Below, in pieces: positions 30,146 through 40,459 of a stretch of 64,000 nt of DNA. The DNA comes from a virus (Duplodnaviria > Heunggongvirae > Uroviricota > Caudoviricetes): IMG/VR virus record IMGVR_UViG_3300005613_000034; one strand, given 5' to 3'. The translations under genes and the position numbers were made by a program. Below the pieces are notes generated by a model. The model saw nothing but the letters and a program-made list of their open reading frames with translations, was not told the DNA's origin and did not search any database. The first letter of the stretch is position 1. Each line of letters starts with the position of its first letter.

Positions 30146-30234
30146 TGGTACAATCATCGAATATAAAAAATTTTCACCCCTTTAAATCGGCGATTAGAGG
30201 CATTATATGAGTACCATTTTTTTGAGAAAAAGGG

Positions 30235-33200
30235 TTATTTTTTTGGTAAAATATCGCCCGCAGTTAGACACTTTGGACAAAATTTATGATTACCAGAAAT
30301 ATATCCGTGTAGTGGGCACACACTGAAAGTTGGGGTGATTGAGACATATGGTATTGAATAATTAGTAAAAATTTTCTTAATTAGATTTTTTACTGATTCA
30401 CCATTAGCTTTATGTTCACCTAAAAATATATGAAAAACCGTATTATGAACGAAAACCATACAATCATTACCAGCTAAATAATTATGGTTGTTTTTTGTTG
30501 TTAAATCATAAAACATATTATCTTTAACATTATGTTTATTTATAGATTTAACACGCGTTACAGGTAAAAATCTGGTATTTCTATTAGATTTTTGTGTTTT
30601 TATATAATTTTTATCTTTTGTTAAATTTAAGTTGTTTTTTTCTTGTGTTAAATAATAACTTGGTATTTGAAATATATAAATTAAAACTTCATTTATTTTT
30701 TTAGGTTGTCTTTTTCGTAATGAAAATGGAATTCCTGCTATAGAAAAAATTTCTTTTAAATCATTTTTAAGATTTTCTGATACAGTATAATATTCTCCTG
30801 TTCCTTGTTTTTTATTAATATGCCCATCTGAGTCTAATAATCCACTAATAAAGTGAAAAACATTATTTTTATTAAAATTATTTTTTATATAATTTGAAAC
30901 ACGAACATTATATGTTTTAGAACCAGGTTTAAATCCACATAATTTAAAAAAATTAATTATATTTTCTTTTGATGTTGGCAAAATCTTTAAATTTTTAGTC
31001 CTTTTATCTATATGTGACTTTGATATATTGGAATTGAAATTATTATTAAGAACATTTATAATTTTATTTATTGTTTTATCATTAGTTGAAAAAAATCTAA
31101 TTTTTTCTTTTTTAATATTATTATTCCCTCTATTATCATAATATGTACTCATACTACCATCCCCAATATAAAATCCTAACAACCACATTAAATCATTATT
31201 AATTTTTGAAGATTTATTTTTATATAAATTTGTTGATGTTTTTAAAATATAATCATTTTTTAATAATTCATCTGCTCGTTTTTCTATTATTTTTTTTGTT
31301 TTTTTATCATATACAAAAAATGGGTGCCAATTAGATGTAACAATATCTAAACCAAATTCACCAATTATTTTAATTTTATCTTTTTTAGAAACATCTATTT
31401 TCATTGCATCTATAACATCATCCCATTCACTAACATTTTTTTCTTTATTATAACTTAAAACTTTTAAATTTTTTAATTTTTTAAAATTATAAACTAAATC
31501 TTCAATTTTCATTAATCCTTTATTTGTTAAAATATCATTTCCTTTTTCTATACATCCACCGTTATAAATAGTTTGAATATCGTTCTGATTATCTAAAATA
31601 TTGAATAAATTCTTTTTAGAATCAACTTTTACTTGTGTTGAATTTGTGTAATATGGCGCCGCTTTATATTTTTCATAATTTTCGTTATTAGCGACTATTA
31701 TATCTGCATATTTTTTCTTGTCTTGTGCAGCAAATCTTCGGGTTACTCCTTCTGCTGGTGTAGCTTCCAAATTATATTCTTGCCCATCTTCTGCTTTATA
31801 TTGTTCTAATCTATTTTTCATATGATTCATTACTTTAATTGTAAATGCTTTACCTTCTTTAGATAATATATCCTTCCCTAAAAAGTTTTCGCATGATTCA
31901 TTCATACCATTCAATCCTATCGTGTTGAAATGGTTTGTCCAATATTGCCCTGTGTTTTGTTTGATATGGCGCATATAAAATTTTGTAAATGGAAAAAGTC
32001 CTTGTTCTGTCCATTTTTCAACAAACTTTCGTTTTTGTCTTAAAATTGTTGCTGACGCGTCCATTAATTCATCTAATCTATTAAAATAATCTCTTTCTGA
32101 ATGAGCAAGGTATCCTATTCTTGGCATATTTATAGTTACTACTCCCACCGAACCAGTTAACGGGTTTGCTGCAAACAACCCTCCTCCCCTTTTATTTAAT
32201 GTTTTTTTCTCTAACCGTAATCTGCAGCACATACTTACAGTATCTTCTGGGCTCATATCTGAATTAATATAATTTCCAAAATAAGGTATTCCATATTTTG
32301 CTGTAGCATCCCAAATTATTTTATGATTAGGATTATTCCAGTCAAAATTTTTATCAATATTTATTGTAGGAATTGGAAATGTAAAAACCTTTCCATTTTT
32401 ATCCCCTTCTAGATAAACTTCAAATAAAATTCTATTGAATAAATCAATTTCGGGTTGGAAATCTTTATAATTAACATTTTGAATTTTTCCACCTATAATA
32501 ACAGGAAGATTTTCCATATGTTTCGGGGGAGTTAAATCAAGCGTTATATTTGAGAAAGTTGATTGCCCACCAGATCTTGTGGTTACATTCATATTAAATA
32601 CAAATTCCTGTAGTGCTTGTTTAACTTCTTTTTCTGTTAATCCATCAAATCTAATAAAAGGGGCTAAATATGTATCAAAATTTGCAAATGCTTGGGCCCC
32701 AGAAAATTCATTTTGTGTTGTAAATAGAAAATTGACTATCTGCCCTAATGCACTTCTAAAATGTTTTGGGGGTGCTGATTCAATTTTTGATTCTACTCCT
32801 CCAAATCCTGTCAACAATAAATCTCTTAAATCCCATCCTTGACAATATGTACTTAAAGATCCTAAATCATGAATATGTAAATCTCCTTCAAAATGATATT
32901 TTGCAACTTCGGGGGCGAACACTTTATTCAACCAATATGTAGAACTAACTTTTTGTGCTATATTATGATTTAATCCTGATAATGAATATCGTGAATTTGA
33001 ATTTTCTTTTACTCTCCAATCAGCTTGGTTTAAATAATTATCTATTACAGCAGTATCTTCTACTATATTTTTAAAATTTCTTAAACTTTCGTGTTGGTGT
33101 CTATATAAAATATAAGATTTTGCAACTTTATCATGCCCGCGTTTAATAAGTGTCCTTTCGATAATGTCTTGAATTTCTTCAACAGACATCTCTTTTTTCT

Positions 33201-33360
33201 TTTCTTTTTTAATATTTTTTAAAATTTCATGTAGTAACACATCAAATTTTTCTTTATCATTGCCGCCTACACTTTTAACAGCATTCCATACGGCCCTTTC
33301 TATCTTTTCTTCATGAAATTTTTCCCTAGCTCCGTTTCTTTTTATAATAAATTCTATCAT
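30235..33360 (-). CDS. nrdD: anaerobic ribonucleoside-triphosphate reductase (class III, NrdD-like) with N-terminal ATP-cone, interrupted by an intein
   Basis: ATP-cone IIKRNGAREKFHEEKIERAV; SMCCRLRL resembling the NrdD thiyl-Cys region; C-terminal Cys cluster plus GY; extein ~670 aa. Confidence 0.75.
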   Translation of the reverse strand: MIEFIIKRNGAREKFHEEKIERAVWNAVKSVGGNDKEKFDVLLHEILKNIKKEKKKEMSVEEIQDIIERTLIKRGHDKVAKSYILYRHQHESLRNFKNIVEDTAVIDNYLNQADWRVKENSNSRYSLSGLNHNIAQKVSSTYWLNKVFAPEVAKYHFEGDLHIHDLGSLSTYCQGWDLRDLLLTGFGGVESKIESAPPKHFRSALGQIVNFLFTTQNEFSGAQAFANFDTYLAPFIRFDGLTEKEVKQALQEFVFNMNVTTRSGGQSTFSNITLDLTPPKHMENLPVIIGGKIQNVNYKDFQPEIDLFNRILFEVYLEGDKNGKVFTFPIPTINIDKNFDWNNPNHKIIWDATAKYGIPYFGNYINSDMSPEDTVSMCCRLRLEKKTLNKRGGGLFAANPLTGSVGVVTINMPRIGYLAHSERDYFNRLDELMDASATILRQKRKFVEKWTEQGLFPFTKFYMRHIKQNTGQYWTNHFNTIGLNGMNESCENFLGKDILSKEGKAFTIKVMNHMKNRLEQYKAEDGQEYNLEATPAEGVTRRFAAQDKKKYADIIVANNENYEKYKAAPYYTNSTQVKVDSKKNLFNILDNQNDIQTIYNGGCIEKGNDILTNKGLMKIEDLVYNFKKLKNLKVLSYNKEKNVSEWDDVIDAMKIDVSKKDKIKIIGEFGLDIVTSNWHPFFVYDKKTKKIIEKRADELLKNDYILKTSTNLYKNKSSKINNDLMWLLGFYIGDGSMSTYYDNRGNNNIKKEKIRFFSTNDKTINKIINVLNNNFNSNISKSHIDKRTKNLKILPTSKENIINFFKLCGFKPGSKTYNVRVSNYIKNNFNKNNVFHFISGLLDSDGHINKKQGTGEYYTVSENLKNDLKEIFSIAGIPFSLRKRQPKKINEVLIYIFQIPSYYLTQEKNNLNLTKDKNYIKTQKSNRNTRFLPVTRVKSINKHNVKDNMFYDLTTKNNHNYLAGNDCMVFVHNTVFHIFLGEHKANGESVKNLIKKIFTNYSIPYVSITPTFSVCPLHGYISGNHKFCPKCLTAGDILPKK
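30442..31554 (-). mobile_element. intein (371 aa) with LAGLIDADG homing endonuclease
   Basis: N-splice GG|CIEKGNDILT; LLGFYIGDGS and ISGLLDSDGHI LAGLIDADG motifs; C-splice VFVHN|T. Confidence 0.8.
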
Positions 33361-33416
33361 TTCATCACTTCCAAAAAAAGTATATAATTATACTATTTTA
33401 TAATATTTAAATCTTT

Positions 33417-33662
33417 CTAAACAATAGAAATAGGGGATTTTTCTGGTTGTTCAACAACATCTTCTTCGTTTACCCCATCATATTTTTTTACCATTTTTTT
33501 AAACTCTTTTAATAAAATTATTGATTTATTTAGAGACCCGATTTGCCCATAACGATATTCATTAGTATCGTTTGAACGAGTATTACATTGTTTAACTTCT
33601 TTTTTTAGAATGTCTATCATATAATCAATTTCATCCAAAACAAAAGATTTTAAATCACTCAT
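33417..33662 (-). CDS. hypothetical protein (81 aa)
   Basis: ORF in operon context. Confidence 0.35.
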   Translation of the reverse strand: MSDLKSFVLDEIDYMIDILKKEVKQCNTRSNDTNEYRYGQIGSLNKSIILLKEFKKMVKKYDGVNEEDVVEQPEKSPISIV

Positions 33663-33919
33663 TATATTTCTTCTCCATCTATTATATCTCGTAATTCTCT
33701 TCGAATAATATTTACAACTCTTGTTTTAACAAAATGATCTGCTTCATTTTTCTTGAATATTGAATATATTTCTTCTTTAATTTTTTCTATTTTTATTTGA
33801 GTTTTAGTGTTTTTTTCACCGATTTTTGTTTCACTTCGTAATTTATCTTCCATTCGATATTTTTTCTTTGGGGTATTTGGCATTGAATACATTTTAACAC
33901 ACCATACTCCTTGTTGCAT
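33662..33919 (-). CDS. hypothetical basic protein (85 aa)
   Basis: ORF, ATGA-type overlap. Confidence 0.35.
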   Translation of the reverse strand: MQQGVWCVKMYSMPNTPKKKYRMEDKLRSETKIGEKNTKTQIKIEKIKEEIYSIFKKNEADHFVKTRVVNIIRRELRDIIDGEEI

Positions 33920-34148
33920 TTGTTATTGGTTGTTCTTTTTCAGTTTCGATTTCACCATTTTCATCTGTAATAGCTACAATTAATTTTATTTTTTCTCCGT
34001 TGTTATTACTCATATCCATTATTATTTGCGAAGATTTTTTGTCCATCATTTCATATAGAACATAAAACATTACATCTTCAAATTTTATTCCATCTTTTTT
34101 CATTTGTTTTATTTTTTTTATCATATCTTTACTTTTTATTTGTTTCAA
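33894..34148 (-). CDS. hypothetical protein (84 aa)
   Basis: ORF. Confidence 0.35.
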   Translation of the reverse strand: MKQIKSKDMIKKIKQMKKDGIKFEDVMFYVLYEMMDKKSSQIIMDMSNNNGEKIKLIVAITDENGEIETEKEQPITNATRSMVC

Positions 34149-34612
34149 TCTATCACCACCACTTTATATCCTAAAATATAATCTTTAAAAAAATTTATTC
34201 TGTCTTCAGAAATACAATGTTCTCCTTTATTACATGCCATATAAAATGCATATTCTTCTGCAAAATTTTCTTCAACATTTGTTTTTGAATATTCAGTTAT
34301 AAAATAATTACTATCTTTAAATATATTAATATATTCTTTTCTTTGTATATCATTTAAATATTTAAACCAAACATGATGCCCGATTTCATGGTTTGCTATA
34401 TAATGTAATTCATCCGGGGAATAATTTTTTCCATAAAACATTACCATATCTGTTGGTGGAAAATAAATCCCCCCATGCCCAATATAAATATATACCAAAG
34501 ACCCAAATAATCCGATAAACATTGCCGATGTTGTTAAATAGAAAAGAAATGACGGAAATGTCAACATATATCTTCCATCTGGCGCTCTTTCAGCCGATTT
34601 AAACAGATTCAT
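34145..34612 (-). CDS. membrane-anchored putative zinc metalloprotease (HExxH)
   Basis: N-terminal TM helices; HEIGHH then EE ~35 aa downstream. Confidence 0.5.
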   Translation of the reverse strand: MNLFKSAERAPDGRYMLTFPSFLFYLTTSAMFIGLFGSLVYIYIGHGGIYFPPTDMVMFYGKNYSPDELHYIANHEIGHHVWFKYLNDIQRKEYINIFKDSNYFITEYSKTNVEENFAEEYAFYMACNKGEHCISEDRINFFKDYILGYKVVVID

Positions 34613-34734
34613 TTTTTCTTACTCTTTTTTGGTGGGTTATATTTATCATATATATAGTTATTCAATTTATTATTTATTCCTATAAACACTAATAATAATA
34701 GTATTCCTATCGTTTCCAATTCATTTCCCATAAA

Positions 34735-35487
34735 TTATCCCTCCCATTCTAAGTCAACTTGTGATTGTTTTTGTTTATTATCTAAAATCAACATTGGGCT
34801 TCCCATTTTAACCATTCTATATCCGTTTTGTTCTGCATAAGACTCATCCCATTTAAGATAAGCTCCTGTAAGAATATAGTGTTTAAAAATATCTTCAAAT
34901 TCTCCATTAACAACTTCTCTTTTTGGCATTGTTGTATCGAATAATTCGTGGACGTGCCCCATAGCATAAATATCTGCATCAAATGTTTCTGCTTGTCTTT
35001 GAATAATTTTAATTCTACCCGCAGTCATCTGAGAACTTCCATGACCATGCCATGTATAAATTCTATATTTTTGTTTACCAACTTCAACATCACATAAACA
35101 CATATTTCTAACATAAGGGACTCCTAAACTATCAGCCATTGTTTCCCCAATATCAAATCCATCAAATCTAAATGAACGTTCTTCATGATTACCTCTATGT
35201 GAATAAAGAATTTGTTTTTCAATTGGCTTTAATTTTGCAATAATATCCTTTACTTGTTTAGACGGATTCAATGTCTGTTCATAAACACCAGAACCAACTG
35301 AATTAGCAGAAGCGTTTTCAATTAAATCCCCCATTAAAATAACTTTTATATCTTTATTTTTTTTAATTTTTTCAATGGCAGCATCAAATGCTTTTGTGTC
35401 TGAATATACGCTTCCATGGTGAATATCACCAAGGAAAACAATTTTTACAGGTTTCTTTCCATTAAATTTATATTTCAAATACTTCAT
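34735..35487 (-). CDS. calcineurin-like metallophosphoesterase
   Basis: GDIHHG, GDLIEN, GNHE, GHVHE motif series. Confidence 0.85.
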   Translation of the reverse strand: MKYLKYKFNGKKPVKIVFLGDIHHGSVYSDTKAFDAAIEKIKKNKDIKVILMGDLIENASANSVGSGVYEQTLNPSKQVKDIIAKLKPIEKQILYSHRGNHEERSFRFDGFDIGETMADSLGVPYVRNMCLCDVEVGKQKYRIYTWHGHGSSQMTAGRIKIIQRQAETFDADIYAMGHVHELFDTTMPKREVVNGEFEDIFKHYILTGAYLKWDESYAEQNGYRMVKMGSPMLILDNKQKQSQVDLEWEG

Positions 35488-35714
35488 TTCGTTTCAACTC
35501 CATTTAGTTTTCTCTTTAACCTTTTTAAAGCGTTAATATAATTTTTGTGTTTTTCTTTATATCTTCGTTGAGTTATTCTTCTTTTTTCTCTATTATTTTC
35601 AACCCAAACTTGATAATCCCATTTTATTTCTTCTTTATGTTCTTCTCTCCAATTTTTCAAAAACTTTTTTTGTATTTCCTTATTCTTATAAGGCATTTTA
35701 TCACTCCTTATCAT
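35484..35714 (-). CDS. small basic protein (76 aa)
   Basis: Lys/Arg-rich; W-rich. Confidence 0.35.
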   Translation of the reverse strand: MIRSDKMPYKNKEIQKKFLKNWREEHKEEIKWDYQVWVENNREKRRITQRRYKEKHKNYINALKRLKRKLNGVETK

Positions 35715-35937
35715 TAATAAAATTTCCTATAACCGCAATAATAAAAATTGGAATTAAAACAATCCCAAGTAAAATTAAAAAAGGTAATGCAACTATCCAT
35801 GAAATTATTTCTAATATTTTACATTTTGTTGGTGAAAGACATGGAATATCGTGAGGATTATAACCTAAATCCATTCTTTCTATATTTTCTTGGCAGTTAG
35901 CACAAAAATGTGATTCATACCATTTAAAAATTCCCAT
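35701..35937 (-). CDS. small membrane protein
   Basis: C-terminal TM IISWIVALPFLILLGIVLIPIFIIAVI. Confidence 0.4.
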   Translation of the reverse strand: MGIFKWYESHFCANCQENIERMDLGYNPHDIPCLSPTKCKILEIISWIVALPFLILLGIVLIPIFIIAVIGNFINDKE

Positions 35938-36665
35938 TATTTATCTCTCCCCGCTTCTTTACATTTAACTTTATGTCTACAATATTTACAGTTTCCTCTT
36001 TCATCCATTAAAGGATAATCTACAGGGGGAACCGTTTCTGTTTCTAATGCTGTATCAAGTTGAATTGCAAAATTTACCATTTCATCAAAAGTTTCTTGAG
36101 AAAATTTTACTGTATGTTGTACAACTTCTAAATTTCTTTTATCAATGTAAACAACCATTCCATGGTCTGCTAATGTACATGCTAAATAATAATTAATTTG
36201 ATCAATATGCTCTTTTTTCGGCCCGTTTATTTTATTATAATAAGAGTTTGCAGTAGTTTTATAATCAACAATAATTGGTTTTTCATCCCCCTTCAAATAA
36301 AAAATTGTATCAAGTCTTCCAGAAATTAGAATTTGTTTTCCATTTGTTTTATCTAATGGTAACAAATAATGAAATGCTTTTTCATTTTCTATATGATCAA
36401 GTTTATCTCCAATAACATCCTTTACATTATCTTGTACAAGTTCATGTAAAACATTTCCAAGTAAAAAAACTCGCATAGTTCTATCGTCAAATTCTTCAGG
36501 ATAAAGTCTTGAGAAATAAGAATTACGGACACATCCACTTAATTCTGTAGGAGAATATTTATGTTCCATTTTTTTATGGAAACTACCATCTCCTTTTCTT
36601 GCAATTTTATTTAAAATTTCTTGGAAATCTAAAGTTTTTTCGAATTCAGTTAAATTATCACTCAT
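35937..36665 (-). CDS. Cas4/RecB-family PD-(D/E)xK nuclease with Cys cluster
   Basis: IVDYKTT D/ExK motif; one N-terminal Cys plus C-terminal CKYCRHKVKC. Confidence 0.65.
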   Translation of the reverse strand: MSDNLTEFEKTLDFQEILNKIARKGDGSFHKKMEHKYSPTELSGCVRNSYFSRLYPEEFDDRTMRVFLLGNVLHELVQDNVKDVIGDKLDHIENEKAFHYLLPLDKTNGKQILISGRLDTIFYLKGDEKPIIVDYKTTANSYYNKINGPKKEHIDQINYYLACTLADHGMVVYIDKRNLEVVQHTVKFSQETFDEMVNFAIQLDTALETETVPPVDYPLMDERGNCKYCRHKVKCKEAGRDK

Positions 36666-36735
36666 ATATATATCATCTATGTAAAGGTTTATAAATATAA
36701 TGTAGCCAGTTTATTCTGGCCACAAATCATTTAGT

Positions 36736-37014
36736 TTATTCAGAATTTTCTGAAACTACTGCTTTTTCGTATGTTTTTTGAAGTGCCAAAATTACTTTTG
36801 GTAAATCATTGATTCTATACGAATCAGTATTTTTCCAATCGTTTCCATCTTTATAAGATCTCTGGATTGAAACTGTGTAGAATGGAACTCCTTCTTTCGA
36901 CTTGTTTTCCCAAGTTGAAACTTTAATTCCTCCTACTTTTTCATTGTGAACTGGAGCGTTTTTCTTTTCTCCCTGTTCTTGATTTGCTGTATTTCCGAAT
37001 GCCATATAAATCAC
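36736..37014 (-). CDS. hypothetical protein (92 aa)
   Basis: ORF. Confidence 0.4.
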   Translation of the reverse strand: MIYMAFGNTANQEQGEKKNAPVHNEKVGGIKVSTWENKSKEGVPFYTVSIQRSYKDGNDWKNTDSYRINDLPKVILALQKTYEKAVVSENSE

Positions 37015-37465
37015 CTCTTTACGTTACGGCGTTCGTTTCTTTTCTAAAAAAGAAACTATTAGTATATATATTATGCACCGTTTAATTTATAAACCTTTTC
37101 ATAATATTGATTTTCGAATATCTTTTAAAGGATATGCGTCTTTATCAATACTTTCTTGTGCATCACGTTCTTCATAAAATTCGTTTATTACTTCGTTTAA
37201 TTCATCGTCAGATAAATATCTTTCGCTTATTGATTGGATTAAAATTAGTGTCATATTTATACCTCTATATAAATAGAGTATAGAAACATTTAAAAACCTT
37301 TCTATTATTTATGTTCATTCCAAAAAGCTATAAGCTTTTTTATAGCACCTTCATAAGTACCGGCTTTCATTTCATAATAAACTTTAGTCAGTGCTCTATG
37401 AGTGTCTTCATGAATTCCAACACTTTTTAATTTTTCTTTTTGTTTTTTAACTTCTTCTTCCATAT

Positions 37466-37768
37466 TTAATCCTCCTTGGATTTATCAAACATATCAAATA
37501 TTGAATCGTTTTTATCATTAACTATTTTAACTTTATTAATATATTTTTGAAGTTCTCGTTTATCAGTTACACCCATACCATAAACAATATCATTAGAAAC
37601 TTTATCATACATAATTCTATTTCCAACAATATTTTTTATAACAATTTTTTCGGGGGCTTTATCGGCATCAGTGGGCACACTAATCCAATAAGCCATCATA
37701 AGTTTACTGAACGCTTTTTCATTTTTTATTATACTTTCTAAATTCATCGAGTCAATTTTTTCATTCAT
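37466..37768 (-). CDS. hypothetical protein (100 aa)
   Basis: ORF. Confidence 0.4.
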   Translation of the reverse strand: MNEKIDSMNLESIIKNEKAFSKLMMAYWISVPTDADKAPEKIVIKNIVGNRIMYDKVSNDIVYGMGVTDKRELQKYINKVKIVNDKNDSIFDMFDKSKED

Positions 37769-37909
37769 AGTCAGTCCTCCTAACTTCCTTCATATTTTAT
37801 TTTAAAAAACAATGGGCGAATTGATTCATTAATGTTGGCGACTGGATCTTCATCCAGCGCCACAGATTCATCAAAGTCATCTTCTAATTCACTTTCTTTC
37901 ATTTTTATT

Positions 37910-38128
37910 TTATTCAACATATTGATATTCCTCCATATCATATCCTTCTAAAGAATCATCTGTTGTACCAAACTCATCTTCTTCCTCTTCTTCTTGTTCT
38001 GGCGAAACCAATAATGTCGCTTGAGCTAAAAGTGCGTCATCTTCAAAATATTCATCAACAGCAGCAGCTCCATCTTCTATTGTGTCATTATACTCGTTAT
38101 CATATCTATTCATATTAAATACCTCCAA
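37910..38128 (-). CDS. highly acidic small protein (72 aa)
   Basis: EQEEEEEDEFGTTDDSLEGYDMEEY; very high Asp/Glu content. Confidence 0.45.
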   Translation of the reverse strand: MEVFNMNRYDNEYNDTIEDGAAAVDEYFEDDALLAQATLLVSPEQEEEEEDEFGTTDDSLEGYDMEEYQYVE

Positions 38129-38338
38129 GTATTTATAAAATTTATATCACGAAATCTTTTTAAACCTTTCTATGGTTTGCGGTAGTTCACTCTTCTTCAA
38201 ATTCAGCATCGATGATTACATCATCAACATAAAACCATTTATCACAGGAATTACATATCCAAATCCCATCGGTTTCATTGGCACACTGAATATCGTTACT
38301 ATCACAATGTGGACATTCTTTTCCCATATTATCACCCC

Positions 38339-39292
38339 CTACATTTTTTCAATTACAAGGTATTTTTCAATTATTTCTAAAGCGATTTCATTAAATTTTT
38401 GGTGTTCTTTTGCCCATTTAAATTCGTTTCTTTTAAAATCATCTATTGCCTTTTTAAATTCTTCTTTATGATTATTTAAAAATATATATTCAAAAACACA
38501 AGAATTTTTTTCATTTGCTTCTTTGGGAAGACGATGCCACCTTGAATTAAAAATTGTTTTATCATTAAAATTTTTGTTTGTTACAAATATTCCAATCCCA
38601 CCTTCATAACAACTTAAACATATATATGCTCCATGTTTTATATTCAATATTTTTGTTTCATCTTCTGTGATATTGACTAACGGAACTTTTGTTTTTGAAT
38701 TTAAAATTTGGTATAATTCTCTATTTTTATATTCAGTTTTTAATTTTGAAAATACATCTTTACCATAATCATTTAAATATGTTTCAAATTTTTCATATAC
38801 ATCTGGGTAATCATATAGACATTCCATTAAAGATGTTCCTATTCCAGAATATCCATCTAAATTAGAAAAATGCATTATTCCATCATCCCATGTTCCTTTG
38901 TTACCCCGCGAAATTTCTAATGGATTATTTCTATTTGAAAGTAGTTGTGAAAGAGAAAGGTTTTTATTACTACCAACAGTTCTTTTTAAAAGAATATTAG
39001 TTGGTTTTCTTTGTGGCGCTGGGATAAATTCATTATTCATACTTGAATAATCTTTTCGTACAAAAATAGAAAATGGGGTTTTATCTTTATATAAATATTT
39101 CATAACTATTTTATAATAATTTTTTATTTCTCTATCATAAGAACAAACTTTTATAATTTCATTATTACATAAACCTATATCGGTTAATATTTTTTCTGTT
39201 TCTTCAGAATTAATTATATCATAAATTTCTTTTATATTAATCATAATATTCCTCCCGTTTATGGTTTTCTCTAATTTCTTCCCAAGCTTCAT
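38339..39292 (-). CDS. hypothetical protein (317 aa)
   Basis: long ORF, no motif recognised. Confidence 0.45.
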   Translation of the reverse strand: MKLGKKLEKTINGRNIMINIKEIYDIINSEETEKILTDIGLCNNEIIKVCSYDREIKNYYKIVMKYLYKDKTPFSIFVRKDYSSMNNEFIPAPQRKPTNILLKRTVGSNKNLSLSQLLSNRNNPLEISRGNKGTWDDGIMHFSNLDGYSGIGTSLMECLYDYPDVYEKFETYLNDYGKDVFSKLKTEYKNRELYQILNSKTKVPLVNITEDETKILNIKHGAYICLSCYEGGIGIFVTNKNFNDKTIFNSRWHRLPKEANEKNSCVFEYIFLNNHKEEFKKAIDDFKRNEFKWAKEHQKFNEIALEIIEKYLVIEKM

Positions 39293-39409
39293 CTATTAAA
39301 AATACATTTTTATACCATTCTTCAAATGGCATATCTATAGGTTCATCTCCTTGTGCTTCCAAATCTCGATTTAAACAATCATATTCCCATTTTCCAAGTT
39401 CTTTCATAT

Positions 39410-39619
39410 TCATTCGTTTACCTCCTTTAGGTATCTTTCAATTATACAACTATCGGACATTTCGCTAGGCCCAAAACTATCGTATCTTGTTCCTCCTTGT
39501 TCATCTAAATATTTTTCAGCATCTTCTTTTGTATTAAAATCTTTTTCTCTATAAATTACTCCGTATTTATTTCCATGTTCATCTATATAATAGGAATTAA
39601 AAACGACTACAAATTTCAT
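39410..39619 (-). CDS. hypothetical protein (69 aa)
   Basis: ORF. Confidence 0.35.
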   Translation of the reverse strand: MKFVVVFNSYYIDEHGNKYGVIYREKDFNTKEDAEKYLDEQGGTRYDSFGPSEMSDSCIIERYLKEVNE

Positions 39620-39837
39620 TACACCACCTCTTTTTTAAATATTTCTTGTAACTCTTCAAATTCAATGCTTTCACCGCATTCACTACAAGTTATTTCTAAA
39701 GTGCTTCCGTCACTATCTCTTTCAAGTGCATTAAAATCTAATCCTCCAGAACCATCATTTTCTACAGTTCCTTCTTCTATTACATCTTCTTTATAACAAA
39801 ACACTGTATCTTTTTTACATTTCGGGCATATACTCAT
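39619..39837 (-). CDS. zinc-ribbon protein
   Basis: CPKCK...CSECG. Confidence 0.45.
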   Translation of the reverse strand: MSICPKCKKDTVFCYKEDVIEEGTVENDGSGGLDFNALERDSDGSTLEITCSECGESIEFEELQEIFKKEVV

Positions 39838-39850
39838 TCTTCCATCTCCT

Positions 39851-40459
39851 TTATTTTATTTGTTCATAAATAATATTTTCACTATTAAGCTTATAACACT
39901 TTCGGCAAGTATTACAATTCAATGCCCCACAATTAATTTTATCTTTATGTTTATCTCGGCAAACATTGAATACTTTGTCAAATTTTTCCGGTACTTTTGT
40001 TATTGGTTTATCTACTATCGGGTTGCTATAAACTATAATCATATTATTTGGTTTTTCATTTTTTTCTAAAACATTAGTTACAATATCGTTCCTTTTAGTA
40101 TAAAGACTGAATGTTATTGTTTGATTTTTTTCTGCTATGTTCATAAGATTTTTCATGTGTTGTTCGTTTATGAGTTCCCCGTGAGCGTGAATACGAACAA
40201 TGTCGTTCTTCTTAAATGAAGGGATTTGTTCTTGGGATATTTCATTTTGAAGAATTTGTGTATTACGCTCAAACGCAGGAACACAATTCTTTCTATAAGC
40301 TTTAAGCATAGCACAACTATAACAATCTTTACATATAACATTTTTATTTCCGCTGTTATGCATTCTTTGACAGAACGCATTACTTAGTGGGTTTGTGTTA
40401 ATCGCTGGTATATCTTTCATTTTTCCACTCATTACACTTATTTTTATTTTATCAGTCAT
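39851..40459 (-). CDS. Cys-rich protein (202 aa)
   Basis: multiple CxxC pairs CKDCYSC, CNTCRKC. Confidence 0.45.
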   Translation of the reverse strand: MTDKIKISVMSGKMKDIPAINTNPLSNAFCQRMHNSGNKNVICKDCYSCAMLKAYRKNCVPAFERNTQILQNEISQEQIPSFKKNDIVRIHAHGELINEQHMKNLMNIAEKNQTITFSLYTKRNDIVTNVLEKNEKPNNMIIVYSNPIVDKPITKVPEKFDKVFNVCRDKHKDKINCGALNCNTCRKCYKLNSENIIYEQIK

